Shown here: positions 38,469 through 47,902 of the stretch, piece by piece
How positions within the stretch are numbered: position 1 is the first letter of the stretch
Layout: the number at the start of each line of letters is the position of its first letter
Source: Candidatus Entotheonellaceae bacterium
Lineage (GTDB): Bacteria; Tectomicrobia; Entotheonellia; Entotheonellales; Entotheonellaceae
Assembly (NCBI GenBank): GCA_965238075.1
Contig: OZ250173.1
Location: 1,952,001-2,016,000, forward strand
DNA length: 64,000 nt
Reading direction: 5' to 3'
Translations under genes and position numbers: made by a program
The notes under the pieces: model-generated
Databases searched by the model: none
What the model was told of the DNA's origin: nothing
The model's input: only the letters and a program-made list of their open reading frames with translations

Positions 38469-40250
38469 ATGGACGCCAGTAGCATCCCACAGGTGTTTTT
38501 CGACCGTGCCGCCCAGCGCGGCGGTAAAACGGCCCACATGGTTAAGCGGGACGGGGCCTGGCAGGAGATTTCCTGGCAGGCGTTGCGGGACATCGTGCGC
38601 CACGTCGCCAGGGGCCTACTGACGCTCGACCTGCAGGCGGGCGACCGCGTCGCCATCCTGTCTGACAGCCGAGCGGAATGGGTGCAGTGCGACCTTGGCA
38701 TCATGGCCGCGGCGGGCATTACGGTGCCGATCTACGCCTCCTCAACGCCCGATCAGGCGGCCTATATTCTGCAAAACTCCGGTGCGACCGCGATGTTCGT
38801 CGACACGTCCGCGCAACTCGACAAGATAATAGCCGTGCGCGATCAGGTTCCGACCCTGAAAAACATCGTCATGACAACGGATGGCCCGTCGGGCGCCGAC
38901 GATTCCATCCTGACGCTTGCCGACCTGATTCAAAGAGGCCGTGACGCCGCCGACCAGGAAGCCGTTCTCGAGCAGCGCCTGCAAGGCCTGACGCCGGAGC
39001 ACGAGGCCACCTACGTATACACCTCGGGTACCACGGGGCCGCCCAAGGGGGTCGTGCAAACCCACGGCAACCACCTGTTCATGATGGAAAGTTGCGGCGC
39101 GATCACCGACCTGGGCGAGGGCGAGGTCAATCTGCTTTTCCTTCCCTTGGCGCATTCGTTCGCGCGCCTCGAATCCTTCCTCGGTTTCTACAAGGGCTGG
39201 ACCACCGCCTTCGCGGAAAGCATCGACGCGCTGTCGCAGAACATGCGTGAAGTCCGGCCCATGCTGGTGATGAGCGTGCCGCGGGTCTACGAAAAGGTCT
39301 ACGCCAGCGTGCAGGCCGGCGCTGCCGGGTCGGCCGTCAAGCGAGCCATTTTCAACTGGTGCGTGGGCGTCGGGCGGCAGGCCAGCCGTCTGCAGCAACA
39401 GGGCCAGCCGCTGCCGCTGGGCCTCAGCCTGAAAAGACACCTGGCGCACCGGCTGGTGTTCGGGAAACTCCACGAAGCGCTCGGGGGACGGTTGCGGTAC
39501 TTTGTGTCCGGCGGGGCGCCGCTGGCGCGGGAGATCGCCGAGTTCTTTCACGCCGCCGGCCTGCTCATCCTGGAAGGCTACGGGCTCACGGAGACCTGCC
39601 CGGCACTGACCGCCAATCGACACGACAACTACAAATTCGGCACCGTCGGCCTGCCGGTGCCGGGGGTGGAACTGCGCCTCAGCGACGACGGCGAGATCCT
39701 GGCGCGCGGACCGAACATTGCCAAGGGCTACTACCAACGGCCGGAAGCAACGGCGGAGGTGTTTCTTGATGATGGCTGGTTTGCTACCGGGGACATCGGC
39801 GAGATCGATGCGGAGGGGTTTCTGCGCATCACCGATCGCAAGAAGGACCTCCTGGTTACGGCTGGCGGCAAGAACGTGGCGCCGCAAAACATCGAGAATC
39901 TGCTCAAGGGCGATCCGCTCATCAGCCAGGCGATGGTCTATGGTGACCGCCGCCCCTTTCTGACCGCCGTGCTCACCCTCGACCCGGAGGCCGCGACGGC
40001 CTATGCCCGGGAGTTGGGCATCAGCGGCGACACGGTTGCCGAGTTGGCCGAAAACCCGCAAATCCGCACCCTGCTGGAGGGCCGTGTGGAACGGGTCAAC
40101 CGGCGCTTGGCGCCGTATGAGTCGATCAAGAAGTTTGTGATTGCGCGGGAGGATTTTACCGAGGCAAGCAACGAATTGACGCCGACGCTGAAGGTCAAAC
40201 GGCAGGTGGTGGCGCAGAAATACCAGGCTGAGCTCGATCAGCTCTACTGA
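38469..40250 (+). CDS. Long-chain fatty acid-CoA ligase
   Basis: YTSGTTGPPKG, EGYGLTE, TGDIG, DRKKD and LTPTLKVKR motifs. Confidence 0.92.
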   Translation: MDASSIPQVFFDRAAQRGGKTAHMVKRDGAWQEISWQALRDIVRHVARGLLTLDLQAGDRVAILSDSRAEWVQCDLGIMAAAGITVPIYASSTPDQAAYILQNSGATAMFVDTSAQLDKIIAVRDQVPTLKNIVMTTDGPSGADDSILTLADLIQRGRDAADQEAVLEQRLQGLTPEHEATYVYTSGTTGPPKGVVQTHGNHLFMMESCGAITDLGEGEVNLLFLPLAHSFARLESFLGFYKGWTTAFAESIDALSQNMREVRPMLVMSVPRVYEKVYASVQAGAAGSAVKRAIFNWCVGVGRQASRLQQQGQPLPLGLSLKRHLAHRLVFGKLHEALGGRLRYFVSGGAPLAREIAEFFHAAGLLILEGYGLTETCPALTANRHDNYKFGTVGLPVPGVELRLSDDGEILARGPNIAKGYYQRPEATAEVFLDDGWFATGDIGEIDAEGFLRITDRKKDLLVTAGGKNVAPQNIENLLKGDPLISQAMVYGDRRPFLTAVLTLDPEAATAYARELGISGDTVAELAENPQIRTLLEGRVERVNRRLAPYESIKKFVIAREDFTEASNELTPTLKVKRQVVAQKYQAELDQLY

Positions 40251-40274
40251 TTTCGGGGAGGTGTACGGAAAAAT

Positions 40275-40544
40275 CTAATGCTTGTCCAGTTCCAGCTCGT
40301 AGAGCTTCTGATACATCACGTCCCATTCCCGGCTGCCTTCCATGATCCTGCGCGTATAGGATGCCAGAGTCTGCCGGACGGCGAAGTCGACTTCCTCTTC
40401 GAGCCGGAGCGCTTCCTGTATGGCACCCACGATCTGCAGCCGCACGGTGTTGGAGGGCATGCGGAGCGTCACCTCCGGCATTTCCTCCAACCTCCGCACG
40501 ACAAGCTGCGAAAGATGATTGACTTTTTCCCTTGAGAGGCTCAT
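40275..40544 (-). CDS. DUF507 family protein
   Basis: MSLSREKVNHLS...EGSREWDVMYQKLYE; second gene of a tandem pair. Confidence 0.8.
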   Translation of the reverse strand: MSLSREKVNHLSQLVVRRLEEMPEVTLRMPSNTVRLQIVGAIQEALRLEEEVDFAVRQTLASYTRRIMEGSREWDVMYQKLYELELDKH

Positions 40545-40575
40545 CGGTCTTCTTCCCCCGCTTTGAGCGGCCCGC

Positions 40576-40857
40576 CTACAAAATCAGCCCGCGGTCCCGC
40601 ACAAGTTGGCGTTTGACCATGGAAAACATGCGCGAGTAGTCGATGTTGCCGCGGTCCATCTCGTTGATGTGGTCCTCCAGGATGTCTCTTACCTCGTCGT
40701 TGAGGCGATCCTCAACCATAAGGTCGTTGACAATCAGCCGGCTCACTGCCTCGGTTACGGCACGCGGGTCCACCTCGAGCTCCAGCATGTCTTTCCGGGT
40801 CAACACGTCCGTGATGATCTTGGCGACGTGGTCGATCATTTTCCTGCCCAGTCGCAT
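40576..40857 (-). CDS. DUF507 family protein
   Basis: MRLGRKMIDHVA...EDRLNDEVRDIL...MFSMVKRQL; AGGAGG RBS. Confidence 0.8.
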   Translation of the reverse strand: MRLGRKMIDHVAKIITDVLTRKDMLELEVDPRAVTEAVSRLIVNDLMVEDRLNDEVRDILEDHINEMDRGNIDYSRMFSMVKRQLVRDRGLIL

Positions 40858-41079
40858 ACCCGGCCTCCTTCGCATATCCAGCAGATTCCAGGGAATGATA
40901 TGTTGCGGACAACGCAAGTTCAAGCGCGCACGCGGCGCCCCGCGGCTGCTTGCAAACCCTTTATGGATTGCCTACTATGCGGCCCAGTTCCGATTGGCGG
41001 CGTTTACGACGGGAGAGCACATGCTGGAGGTAAGCGATAAATCCGCCCTGAGACCACGGGCCCTGCCGCGGCGAGGTCA

Positions 41080-41427
41080 TTGACGATGACAATCGACGAT
41101 ACGGTCAACAGAATGGTCATGGTGATGATTTTTCGTCACGAGGGGCTGGAGGCGGCAGGCATCAAGGAGCGTAAGTTCTATGCCAAAGTGGTGGGGCGCG
41201 ACTCCATCGGTCTGTGGATCGAAAACCCCAAGCTGGAGACCACGCGCGTGCGCTACGACAACGGCCTTCTCATCCCGCCGGACCAACGCCAGCACGAGGA
41301 GCACCTCGCCTACGTGCTGATTCCCTGGGGCAACATCCGCTCCGTCGCCCACTTCCCGGCCCGCGAAGGCTTTGACAACACCGAGGACGAGGAAGCCAGC
41401 GCGCTGGGCAGCGGCATGTACCTGTAA
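41080..41427 (+). CDS. Hypothetical protein (possible Sm/LSm-like beta fold)
   Basis: Host-like codon usage; beta-rich FYAKVVGRDSIGLWIE...YVLIPWGNIRSV. Confidence 0.65.
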   Translation: MTMTIDDTVNRMVMVMIFRHEGLEAAGIKERKFYAKVVGRDSIGLWIENPKLETTRVRYDNGLLIPPDQRQHEEHLAYVLIPWGNIRSVAHFPAREGFDNTEDEEASALGSGMYL

Positions 41428-41540
41428 GTTCCGTCGCCGGCTGGCGTCCTGACAATGCCGGGGCGGTGTGCTACCATCGGCGCCTCTCATTCACACCATG
41501 CAAGGGCCGCACGGCCCGCAACGCAGCAAGGAGAACCTTC

Positions 41541-42206
41541 ATGAGCCAAGGCTACCACTTCACCATCTGGAGTTGTTACGTTTGACCATACGCCTGGCGA
41601 GCCGCGGAGTGGCTCGATCGCGTGAAAGACAAATTGGGCGAAAACCTGAAAATTACCTGGAAGTCGTTTCTGCTCGAGCAAGTCAACAGTCGCCGCGGAA
41701 TGGAATGGAAAGCCTGGGACGACCCCCGTTTCACCAGCCGCGACATCCCGCCGCATGAGGCCGTCAAGAGCATCCTGGCCGAGCAGGGCGAGGACGCTTT
41801 CAACCGTTTCCATATCGCCGTGTTCCGTGCGCACCACCAGCAGAAGCGGGACATTGCCAATCCCCTCGAACTGATGCAGTTGGCCCGCGAGGTCGATGTC
41901 GACCCCACCGTGTTGGCCGAGGACCTGCGCACCCGCAAGTACCGTGCTGCCGTCGGCGCCGACCATCAGGAATCGGACGAGCACGACATTTTCGGCGTGC
42001 CGACTATCCTCTTCGACGGTCACCAGCCCACCTTCATCAAACTCGATTCCGGGGCTTGGGAAGGACCGGACGACGTGGAGCTCTTCCACGCGCTGTACAA
42101 CATCGCCGCCCCGCGTCCGTACGTCATGGAAATCAAGAAACCCGCCTCGGCGACGGTCGCTGCCGCTTCGGAGGCGCGCCGCCGCGAGGACATGGGACGC
42201 GGCTAG
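41541..42206 (+). CDS. DsbA/FrnE-like thioredoxin-fold protein, putative selenoprotein (UGA15 = Sec)
   Basis: AAGGAG RBS, ATG 41541: MSQGYHFTIWSCYV-TGA-PYAWRAAEWL, in frame with track ORF 41622; cis-Pro loop IFGVPTILF. Confidence 0.8.
41598..41616 (+). promoter_or_regulatory. Putative bacterial SECIS hairpin
   Basis: CGAGCCGC-GGA-GTGGCTCG 8-bp stem with G-containing apical loop, starting 13 nt after the in-frame TGA (41583-41585). Confidence 0.6.
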
Positions 42207-42625
42207 AGCCGGGTTAACACTGTCGGACTGTATCGTGTTCCAGTCCCGGGATGGAAATCGCCGACTCTCAGTACCAACGCATAGCGCCCTGTTTGCTGGT
42301 GCAACGTGGCAACGTCAACCTGTCGAATCTGCCAAGTGCTCGGCGCCAGCCTGTACGTCGTCGAGCATGGCTGCATGTGGCGGGGGTTGCCGGAGTGATC
42401 TGGCAATTGGCATGCCCATTTACACCTAGATGAGCCGCTGGTCGAAGAACGGGGCGCTGGATCGGGTCTTCGAGCACCTCCCAGCGAGAGAGAATCGCGC
42501 GCATCAAATTCGAGGCGGTTTCGATGGACAGCACCATCGTCAAGGTCCGTCCCGATAATACGGGCGCGCTAAAAAGCCCGCAGCCCATCGGAAAATCCCG
42601 GGGCGGTTGGACCACTAGAGTGAAT
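42204..42625 (+). mobile_element. Degenerate IS5-family (IS427-group-like) transposase pseudogene
   Basis: Multi-frame translation MEIADSQYQRIAPCL..QRGNV..LYVVEHGCMWRGLP*..GNWH..MSRWSKNG.LDRVF..SMDSTIVKV..GALK..IGKSRGGWTT; contains stops and frameshifts and is 3'-truncated. Confidence 0.85.
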
Positions 42626-42724
42626 TCACTTTGATACCAAGAGCCTTGGCAGAAGCGGTCATGGCAAAATGCCCTCGCAGGAACTCCAACTCCGAAAAAC
42701 TCGTTATCTCAAACGGGACGCACA

Positions 42725-42828
42725 TTAGAACAGTTCAAGATTGCGCAGCGGCATACCCAGAAGTCCTGAAAAGCGAGTGCATTTGTCTGGTTTGAATCGA
42801 GATTCCTTTCAATCTTGAACTGCTCTAA
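42725..42828. mobile_element. MITE-like element with 19-bp terminal inverted repeats
   Basis: TTAGAACAGTTCAAGATTG ... CAATCTTGAACTGCTCTAA (1 mismatch) around a 66-bp non-coding core. Confidence 0.65.
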
Positions 42829-42848
42829 GTTCAGAGGTAAGGACCCTC

Positions 42849-43439
42849 ATGTCGCACGATTTGCGCATTAAAAATAGAACTGTAGTCAATGGGGGGGATG
42901 AGCGCGATCAGACCGACGAGTTGGTCCGCAAGCTCTGGAGCCGCCTGTCGATGGAGGCGCCGGCGATCCATGTCGCATCCCCTGAGCAAGTTCCCGGCAC
43001 TTACCACAAGCTCCTGGTCCACGACACTGGTATGACGGCCACTCTCGAGGCCCACTGGAGCGAACCGCTGGCTGTAGACCTGGTGGCGGATGACCTGATT
43101 GTCGAAGATCGCTCGCTCTACCGCTTCATCGCGCTGTACACCAAAGGCACCCGCCAAGTGGTGGAACTGGCCACCATCCGTATCGTGCTGGATGTTTTCC
43201 CGGCGCCGTTACGTCCGGAGTTTATCGAGGGCGTTCGCCCCTTCGGCGGCATCCTGACTGGCGCGGGCATCACTTTCCGCGCTAGGCCATCAGGTTTCTT
43301 CTGGATCAAAGCCGACGAATTCATCGCCCGGAAAGCCGGTATAGACGTCGGCATAACGCTCTACGGTCGGATGAACGAACTGCACGGCGAAGACGATGTC
43401 CTGCTGTGCGAGACCGTCGAGATGCTGCCGCGCGTCTGA
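42849..43439 (+). CDS. Chorismate lyase (UbiC/DUF98)-like hypothetical protein
   Basis: LLVHDTGMTATLE, RPFGGIL, LYGR and ETVEMLP pattern. Confidence 0.55.
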   Translation: MSHDLRIKNRTVVNGGDERDQTDELVRKLWSRLSMEAPAIHVASPEQVPGTYHKLLVHDTGMTATLEAHWSEPLAVDLVADDLIVEDRSLYRFIALYTKGTRQVVELATIRIVLDVFPAPLRPEFIEGVRPFGGILTGAGITFRARPSGFFWIKADEFIARKAGIDVGITLYGRMNELHGEDDVLLCETVEMLPRV

Positions 43440-43590
43440 ACGCCCGCGAAAGTGCCCGTCAGCGCATCTCGAATGCTTATTCCGCTTTACGACTGCGGCG
43501 GTCAACCAGGGTGGTCTGGCCGAGGCGACGGCACCGTTCACTTCTAACCAGTGAGTGATACCGAGAGCAAGACGAGCAGAAAGGTCGATT

Positions 43591-43929
43591 GTGGCCGAAT
43601 CGCTGGAATCGTATTACCCCGTGGAAATTCAGCGCAACGACGGCGGCGCCCTGCGCATCCTGTGGAACGACGGGCGCGTCTGCTTCTATGGATACAGCAA
43701 TCTGCGCAAGGTCTGCCCCTGCGCCACCTGCGGCGAACTGCGCACCCAACAGCAGGAAGCCGCCAAAAACCCCTTCCAGACCGTGACCACCGTCACCACC
43801 CGCGACGTGCAGCCGGTGCACCTGAACACCGTGGGCCATTACGCCCTCGGCATCGAATGGGACGACGGCCACCGCACCGGCATCTACCCCTGGGCCATGC
43901 TGCGGGCACTCTGCGAGGACGACGATTAA
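43591..43929 (+). CDS. DUF971 (GBBH-like N-terminal) Zn-binding protein
   Basis: LRKVCPCATC, VGHYALGIEWDDGH and GIYPW motifs. Confidence 0.9.
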   Translation: MAESLESYYPVEIQRNDGGALRILWNDGRVCFYGYSNLRKVCPCATCGELRTQQQEAAKNPFQTVTTVTTRDVQPVHLNTVGHYALGIEWDDGHRTGIYPWAMLRALCEDDD

Positions 43930-43950
43930 ACCACCCCGTCCGTCCGGACC

Positions 43951-44403
43951 TCACAACGGCTTCTTACGCATCAAGCCCGCCCGGCGAATTCGCGCCACCA
44001 GCTCCTCGCGCTGGTTGGTCGCGCGGTGCTCGAAAAACACCACCCCGGCGTCCGGGCGCGACCGCGACTCCCGCTTGTCCATGATCTCCGTCTCGATGTA
44101 TAGCGTATCGCCGTGGAACACGGGCTTCGGGAATTCGATCTTATCGAACCCCAGATTGGCCACCGTCGTTCCCAGCGTCGTATCCCCCACCGAGAGCCCC
44201 ACGGCAATCCCCAGCGTCAATAGGCTGTTGACCAGCCGCTGCCCGAATTCCGTCTGACTGGCAAACGCCGCGTCCAGGTGCAGCGGCTGCGGGTTCATCG
44301 TCATGGTGGTGAACAGCACGTTGTCCGCTTCCGTAACCGTGCGCCCGGGCTGGTGCTTGAATATCTGGCCAACGGTAAATTCCTCGAAATACAATCCAGC
44401 CAT
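43951..44403 (-). CDS. MaoC family dehydratase
   Basis: [24 protein letters not shown] and PVFHGDT motifs. Confidence 0.92.
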   Translation of the reverse strand: MAGLYFEEFTVGQIFKHQPGRTVTEADNVLFTTMTMNPQPLHLDAAFASQTEFGQRLVNSLLTLGIAVGLSVGDTTLGTTVANLGFDKIEFPKPVFHGDTLYIETEIMDKRESRSRPDAGVVFFEHRATNQREELVARIRRAGLMRKKPL

Positions 44404-44429
44404 CGCCAAGGGCCTCCTTCCGTCTGCTG

Positions 44430-44524
44430 GGTAGTGCCTCAGTGTTTGACATTACCGGCTCCTCCTTCCTCTCCCCAAGGCGGAAGAGGGTTGGGGTGAG
44501 GGGGAAATCCAGTGAGACACTACC
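44430..44524. repeat. MITE-like element: 12-bp terminal inverted repeats around a CCTCT..AGAGG..GGGGTGAGGG palindrome
   Basis: GGTAGTGCCTCA ... TGAGACACTACC (1 mismatch); right half shared with 9601-9661. Confidence 0.55.
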
Positions 44525-44608
44525 GCCTGATGGGTGTTATTACTGAACGAAAGCATGGTATCGGAACCCGATCCTGGATACCATTCATGGCGGAAGGGGG
44601 ATGATCTT

Positions 44609-47600
44609 GTGAATCGGAAAGCCATCTTTACCAGCTATTTCAAGAACCTTGCCGCCGTCGCGCGACAAGGCGACGCGCGTGAGGAGAGCTTCTACCCGGC
44701 CCTGGCGACGATGCTCAAAGGAGTCGCTGACGACAGCGGTCGGCAGCACGTGCACGTCACCACCCTGCCCAAGCCGACCGAGGGCGGCAATCCGGATTTC
44801 CGGCTGTGGAACGGCGCGGACCGTATCATCGGCTACATCGAGGCCAAGAGGCCGACCGAAGAGCGGCTGGACGACATCGAGAATTCCGAGCAGCTGAAAC
44901 GCTACCGATCGACCTTCCCGAATTTGCTGCTCACCAACTTTCTGGAATTTCGCCTGTACCGCAACGGGGTGCGGGAGCAGACGGTTCTGGCCGCCCGGCC
45001 GCTGGTGCTCAACCAACTGCGCACGGTGCCTCCGGTTGAACGGCCGGAAGAATTCTCAGTCCTCCTTGCGCGCTTCCTCGATTTTGCCCTGCCCAAGACG
45101 TTCACCGCCGAGTCCCTCGCCGTCGAGCTGGCCAAACGCACGCGCCTGCTCCGGGATGTCGTCCGAGACCAGTACAACGACGAAGCGGATGACCCCGGCA
45201 TGCTGCGCGGCTTCTTTGACGCCTTCCGGGAATACCTCATCGGCTCGCTGACGCCGGAGGCGTTCGCCGACCTGTTCGCGCAGACCATCACCTACGGTCT
45301 TTTCGCGGCTCGCATCCGCGCCGGGGACGGCTTCAATCGCCGCGCCGCTTTCGACAACATTCCCCACACTATCGGCGTCCTGCGTGACATGTTTCGCTTC
45401 ATTTCGCTGGGCGATCTGCCGGAATCGCTCGCCTGGTGCGTGGACGATCTCGCCGAGGTCCTGGCCGTGGCCGACGGCCCCGGCATCCTCGGTCGCTACT
45501 ACCGGGAGGGCAAGGGCAGCGACCCGATCGTGCATTTCTACGAGACATTTCTGGCGCAATACGACCCCGACGAGCGCGAGCGGCGCGGCGTCTACTACAC
45601 CCCCGAACCAGTCGTCGGCTACATTGTTCGCTCCCTGCACGGCATGCTCAAGACCACCTTCGGTCTGCGCGACGGCCTCGCCTCGGAGGGCGTGACGTTG
45701 CTCGATCCCGCAGCGGGCACCATGACCTTCGTGGCCCAGGCCGCCCAAGAGGCGGTTGCCGAGTTTGAAGCCAAGTACGGCAGCGGCGGCAAGGAAGACT
45801 TCATTCGCCAGCACATTCTCAAGAACTTCTACGCCTTGGAACTGATGATGGCCCCCTACGCGGTCGGCCACCTCAAGATGAGCTTCTTCCTGGAAGAACT
45901 CGGCCATCGCCTGGGCGACGATGAACGCATGCCGTTTTACCTCACCAACACCTTGGACTGGAAGGAGCTGGAGGAAAGCCGCTTGCCGGGCATTTCGGCC
46001 CTGGCCACCGAATCCCGCCTGGCGGGTGCGGTCAAGAAGGAGAAACCGATCCTGCTCATCCTCGGCAACCCGCCCTATTCAGGGCACTCCAGCAACAAGG
46101 GAGACTGGATACGCGGCCTGATTGACGATTACAAGCAGGTGGACGGCAAGCCCCTGGGCGAGAAAAACCCGAAGTGGCTGCAGGATGACTACGTCAAGTT
46201 CCTGCGCTACGCCCAGTGGAAAATCGAGCAGGCCGGACGCGGCGTTGTCGGCATGATCACCAACCACAGCTATCTCGATAACCCTACCTTCCGCGGCATG
46301 CGTCAAAGCCTGCTGCGTACCTTCGACGACCTCTACGTTCTCGACCTGCACGGCAGCGCGTTGAAGAAGGAAACCGGCCCAGACGGGAGCCCGGACCAGA
46401 ACGTCTTCGATATTCGTCAGGGGGTGGCCATTGCCTTCTTTGTAAAGCGGGGCGATTCAACGATGGACGGGCAGGACGGCCGGGACGCTAACGCCGTGGT
46501 TCATTACGCCGAGCGATTCGGAACCCGTGAGAGCAAATACGACTGGCTGCGCGCGCACGAGCGAGACAGCACCGATTGGCAGGCGCTGAATCCGGCGTCG
46601 CCGTACTACCTGTTCGTGCCGCGCGACGAGGCGCTCGAAGCCGCATACAGCCGGTTCATGCCGGTGCCCGAGGTATTCCCCGTGCACAGCGTCGGGATTG
46701 TGACGGCGCGCGACAGCCTGACGATTCGCTGGTCGGCGGATGAGGTGTGGAACACCGTGATCGTTTTTTCGCGGATGGAGCCGGAGTTGGCCCGGCAAGG
46801 GTATGAGCTTGGCAATGATGCGCGGGATTGGAAGGTGACGTTGGCGCAGCAGGATTTACGCGATTCGGGTCCTGTCCGCGAACGGGTGATGCCGATCCTG
46901 TACCGGCCCTTTGACGTGCGCCACACTTATTACACCGAGCGGTCGCGGGGGTTCATCTGCATGCCCCGTCCCGAGGTCGTGCGCCACATGCTGGCCGGGG
47001 AGAATCGGGCGCTGCATGTCTGTCGGCAAACGGTCAGCGAGACGTGGCAGCACTGCTTGGTTACGCGTGGCATTACGGATGATTGTTACGTGTCCAACAA
47101 GACTCGAGAGCGCGGATATACCCTACCTTTGTATCTCTATCCTACTGCCGACCGCGGTGACCTCTTTGCAAGACTTGAATCGTCCGCACGGCAGCCCAAT
47201 CTGAGTCCCAAACTGGTCGCGGTCCTGACGGCAGCGCATGGCCGAGCGCCCGCGCCCGAGGATATCTTCCACTACATCTACGCCATCCTGTATGCCCCAA
47301 CCTATCGCGCCACGTACGCCGAGTTCCTGCGCACCGACTTCCCGCGCATTCCGTTCACGACGGATCAAGACGTGTTCGCCCAACTCGCCGCCTTGGGTGC
47401 GCGACTGACCGCTCTTCACCTCCTTGACTCCCCCGAACTCGACACGCCGACCTGCCGCTTCGAGGGCGACGGCGATGCCGTGGTGGCCCGAACGAAGACG
47501 GGGGGCTTTCGCTATGATCCGGACGCCCAGCGCCTGCACATCAACAAAACCCAGTATTTCGGCCCCGTTCCGCCAGAGGCTCATGCTTACCGGATTGGTG

Positions 47601-47773
47601 GCTACCAGGTCTGTGACAAATGGCTGAAGGATCGTAAGGGCCGCCGCCTTGACCTCGATGACATCCGTACCTACTGTCGGATGGTGACGGCCATCGGGAT
47701 GACGCTCAGCATCCAGGAAGAGATTGATAGGTTGTATCCTGAGGCTGAGAAGGATATCGTGGCGATCTCATGA
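44609..47773 (+). CDS. Single-chain Type IIG-like restriction-modification enzyme (N6-adenine MTase; Type ISP-like C-terminal specificity domain)
   Basis: N-terminal NPDF...IEAK nuclease; GVYYTPEPVV; motif I LDPAAGT; motif IV GNPPY; C-terminal YIYAILY..YR..LRTDFPRIP and IGGYQVCDKWLKDRK. Confidence 0.88.
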   Translation: MNRKAIFTSYFKNLAAVARQGDAREESFYPALATMLKGVADDSGRQHVHVTTLPKPTEGGNPDFRLWNGADRIIGYIEAKRPTEERLDDIENSEQLKRYRSTFPNLLLTNFLEFRLYRNGVREQTVLAARPLVLNQLRTVPPVERPEEFSVLLARFLDFALPKTFTAESLAVELAKRTRLLRDVVRDQYNDEADDPGMLRGFFDAFREYLIGSLTPEAFADLFAQTITYGLFAARIRAGDGFNRRAAFDNIPHTIGVLRDMFRFISLGDLPESLAWCVDDLAEVLAVADGPGILGRYYREGKGSDPIVHFYETFLAQYDPDERERRGVYYTPEPVVGYIVRSLHGMLKTTFGLRDGLASEGVTLLDPAAGTMTFVAQAAQEAVAEFEAKYGSGGKEDFIRQHILKNFYALELMMAPYAVGHLKMSFFLEELGHRLGDDERMPFYLTNTLDWKELEESRLPGISALATESRLAGAVKKEKPILLILGNPPYSGHSSNKGDWIRGLIDDYKQVDGKPLGEKNPKWLQDDYVKFLRYAQWKIEQAGRGVVGMITNHSYLDNPTFRGMRQSLLRTFDDLYVLDLHGSALKKETGPDGSPDQNVFDIRQGVAIAFFVKRGDSTMDGQDGRDANAVVHYAERFGTRESKYDWLRAHERDSTDWQALNPASPYYLFVPRDEALEAAYSRFMPVPEVFPVHSVGIVTARDSLTIRWSADEVWNTVIVFSRMEPELARQGYELGNDARDWKVTLAQQDLRDSGPVRERVMPILYRPFDVRHTYYTERSRGFICMPRPEVVRHMLAGENRALHVCRQTVSETWQHCLVTRGITDDCYVSNKTRERGYTLPLYLYPTADRGDLFARLESSARQPNLSPKLVAVLTAAHGRAPAPEDIFHYIYAILYAPTYRATYAEFLRTDFPRIPFTTDQDVFAQLAALGARLTALHLLDSPELDTPTCRFEGDGDAVVARTKTGGFRYDPDAQRLHINKTQYFGPVPPEAHAYRIGGYQVCDKWLKDRKGRRLDLDDIRTYCRMVTAIGMTLSIQEEIDRLYPEAEKDIVAIS

Positions 47774-47902
47774 GGGAAACCGGACACCAGTAGTCCGATC
47801 TGCTCCCGACTTTTGTGCACCTGTCGAATTGTTCTACAATGTATATATTTCAATGGCGCTGTTCGCCGAACGGTTTCAAATGTCCTGAAGGGAGACAGGA
47901 CG

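Noticed and set aside
44609-47773. Full Type ISP or Type I R-M system
   Set aside because: No helicase/ATPase motifs and no separate hsdS/hsdR, so treated as Type IIG-like.
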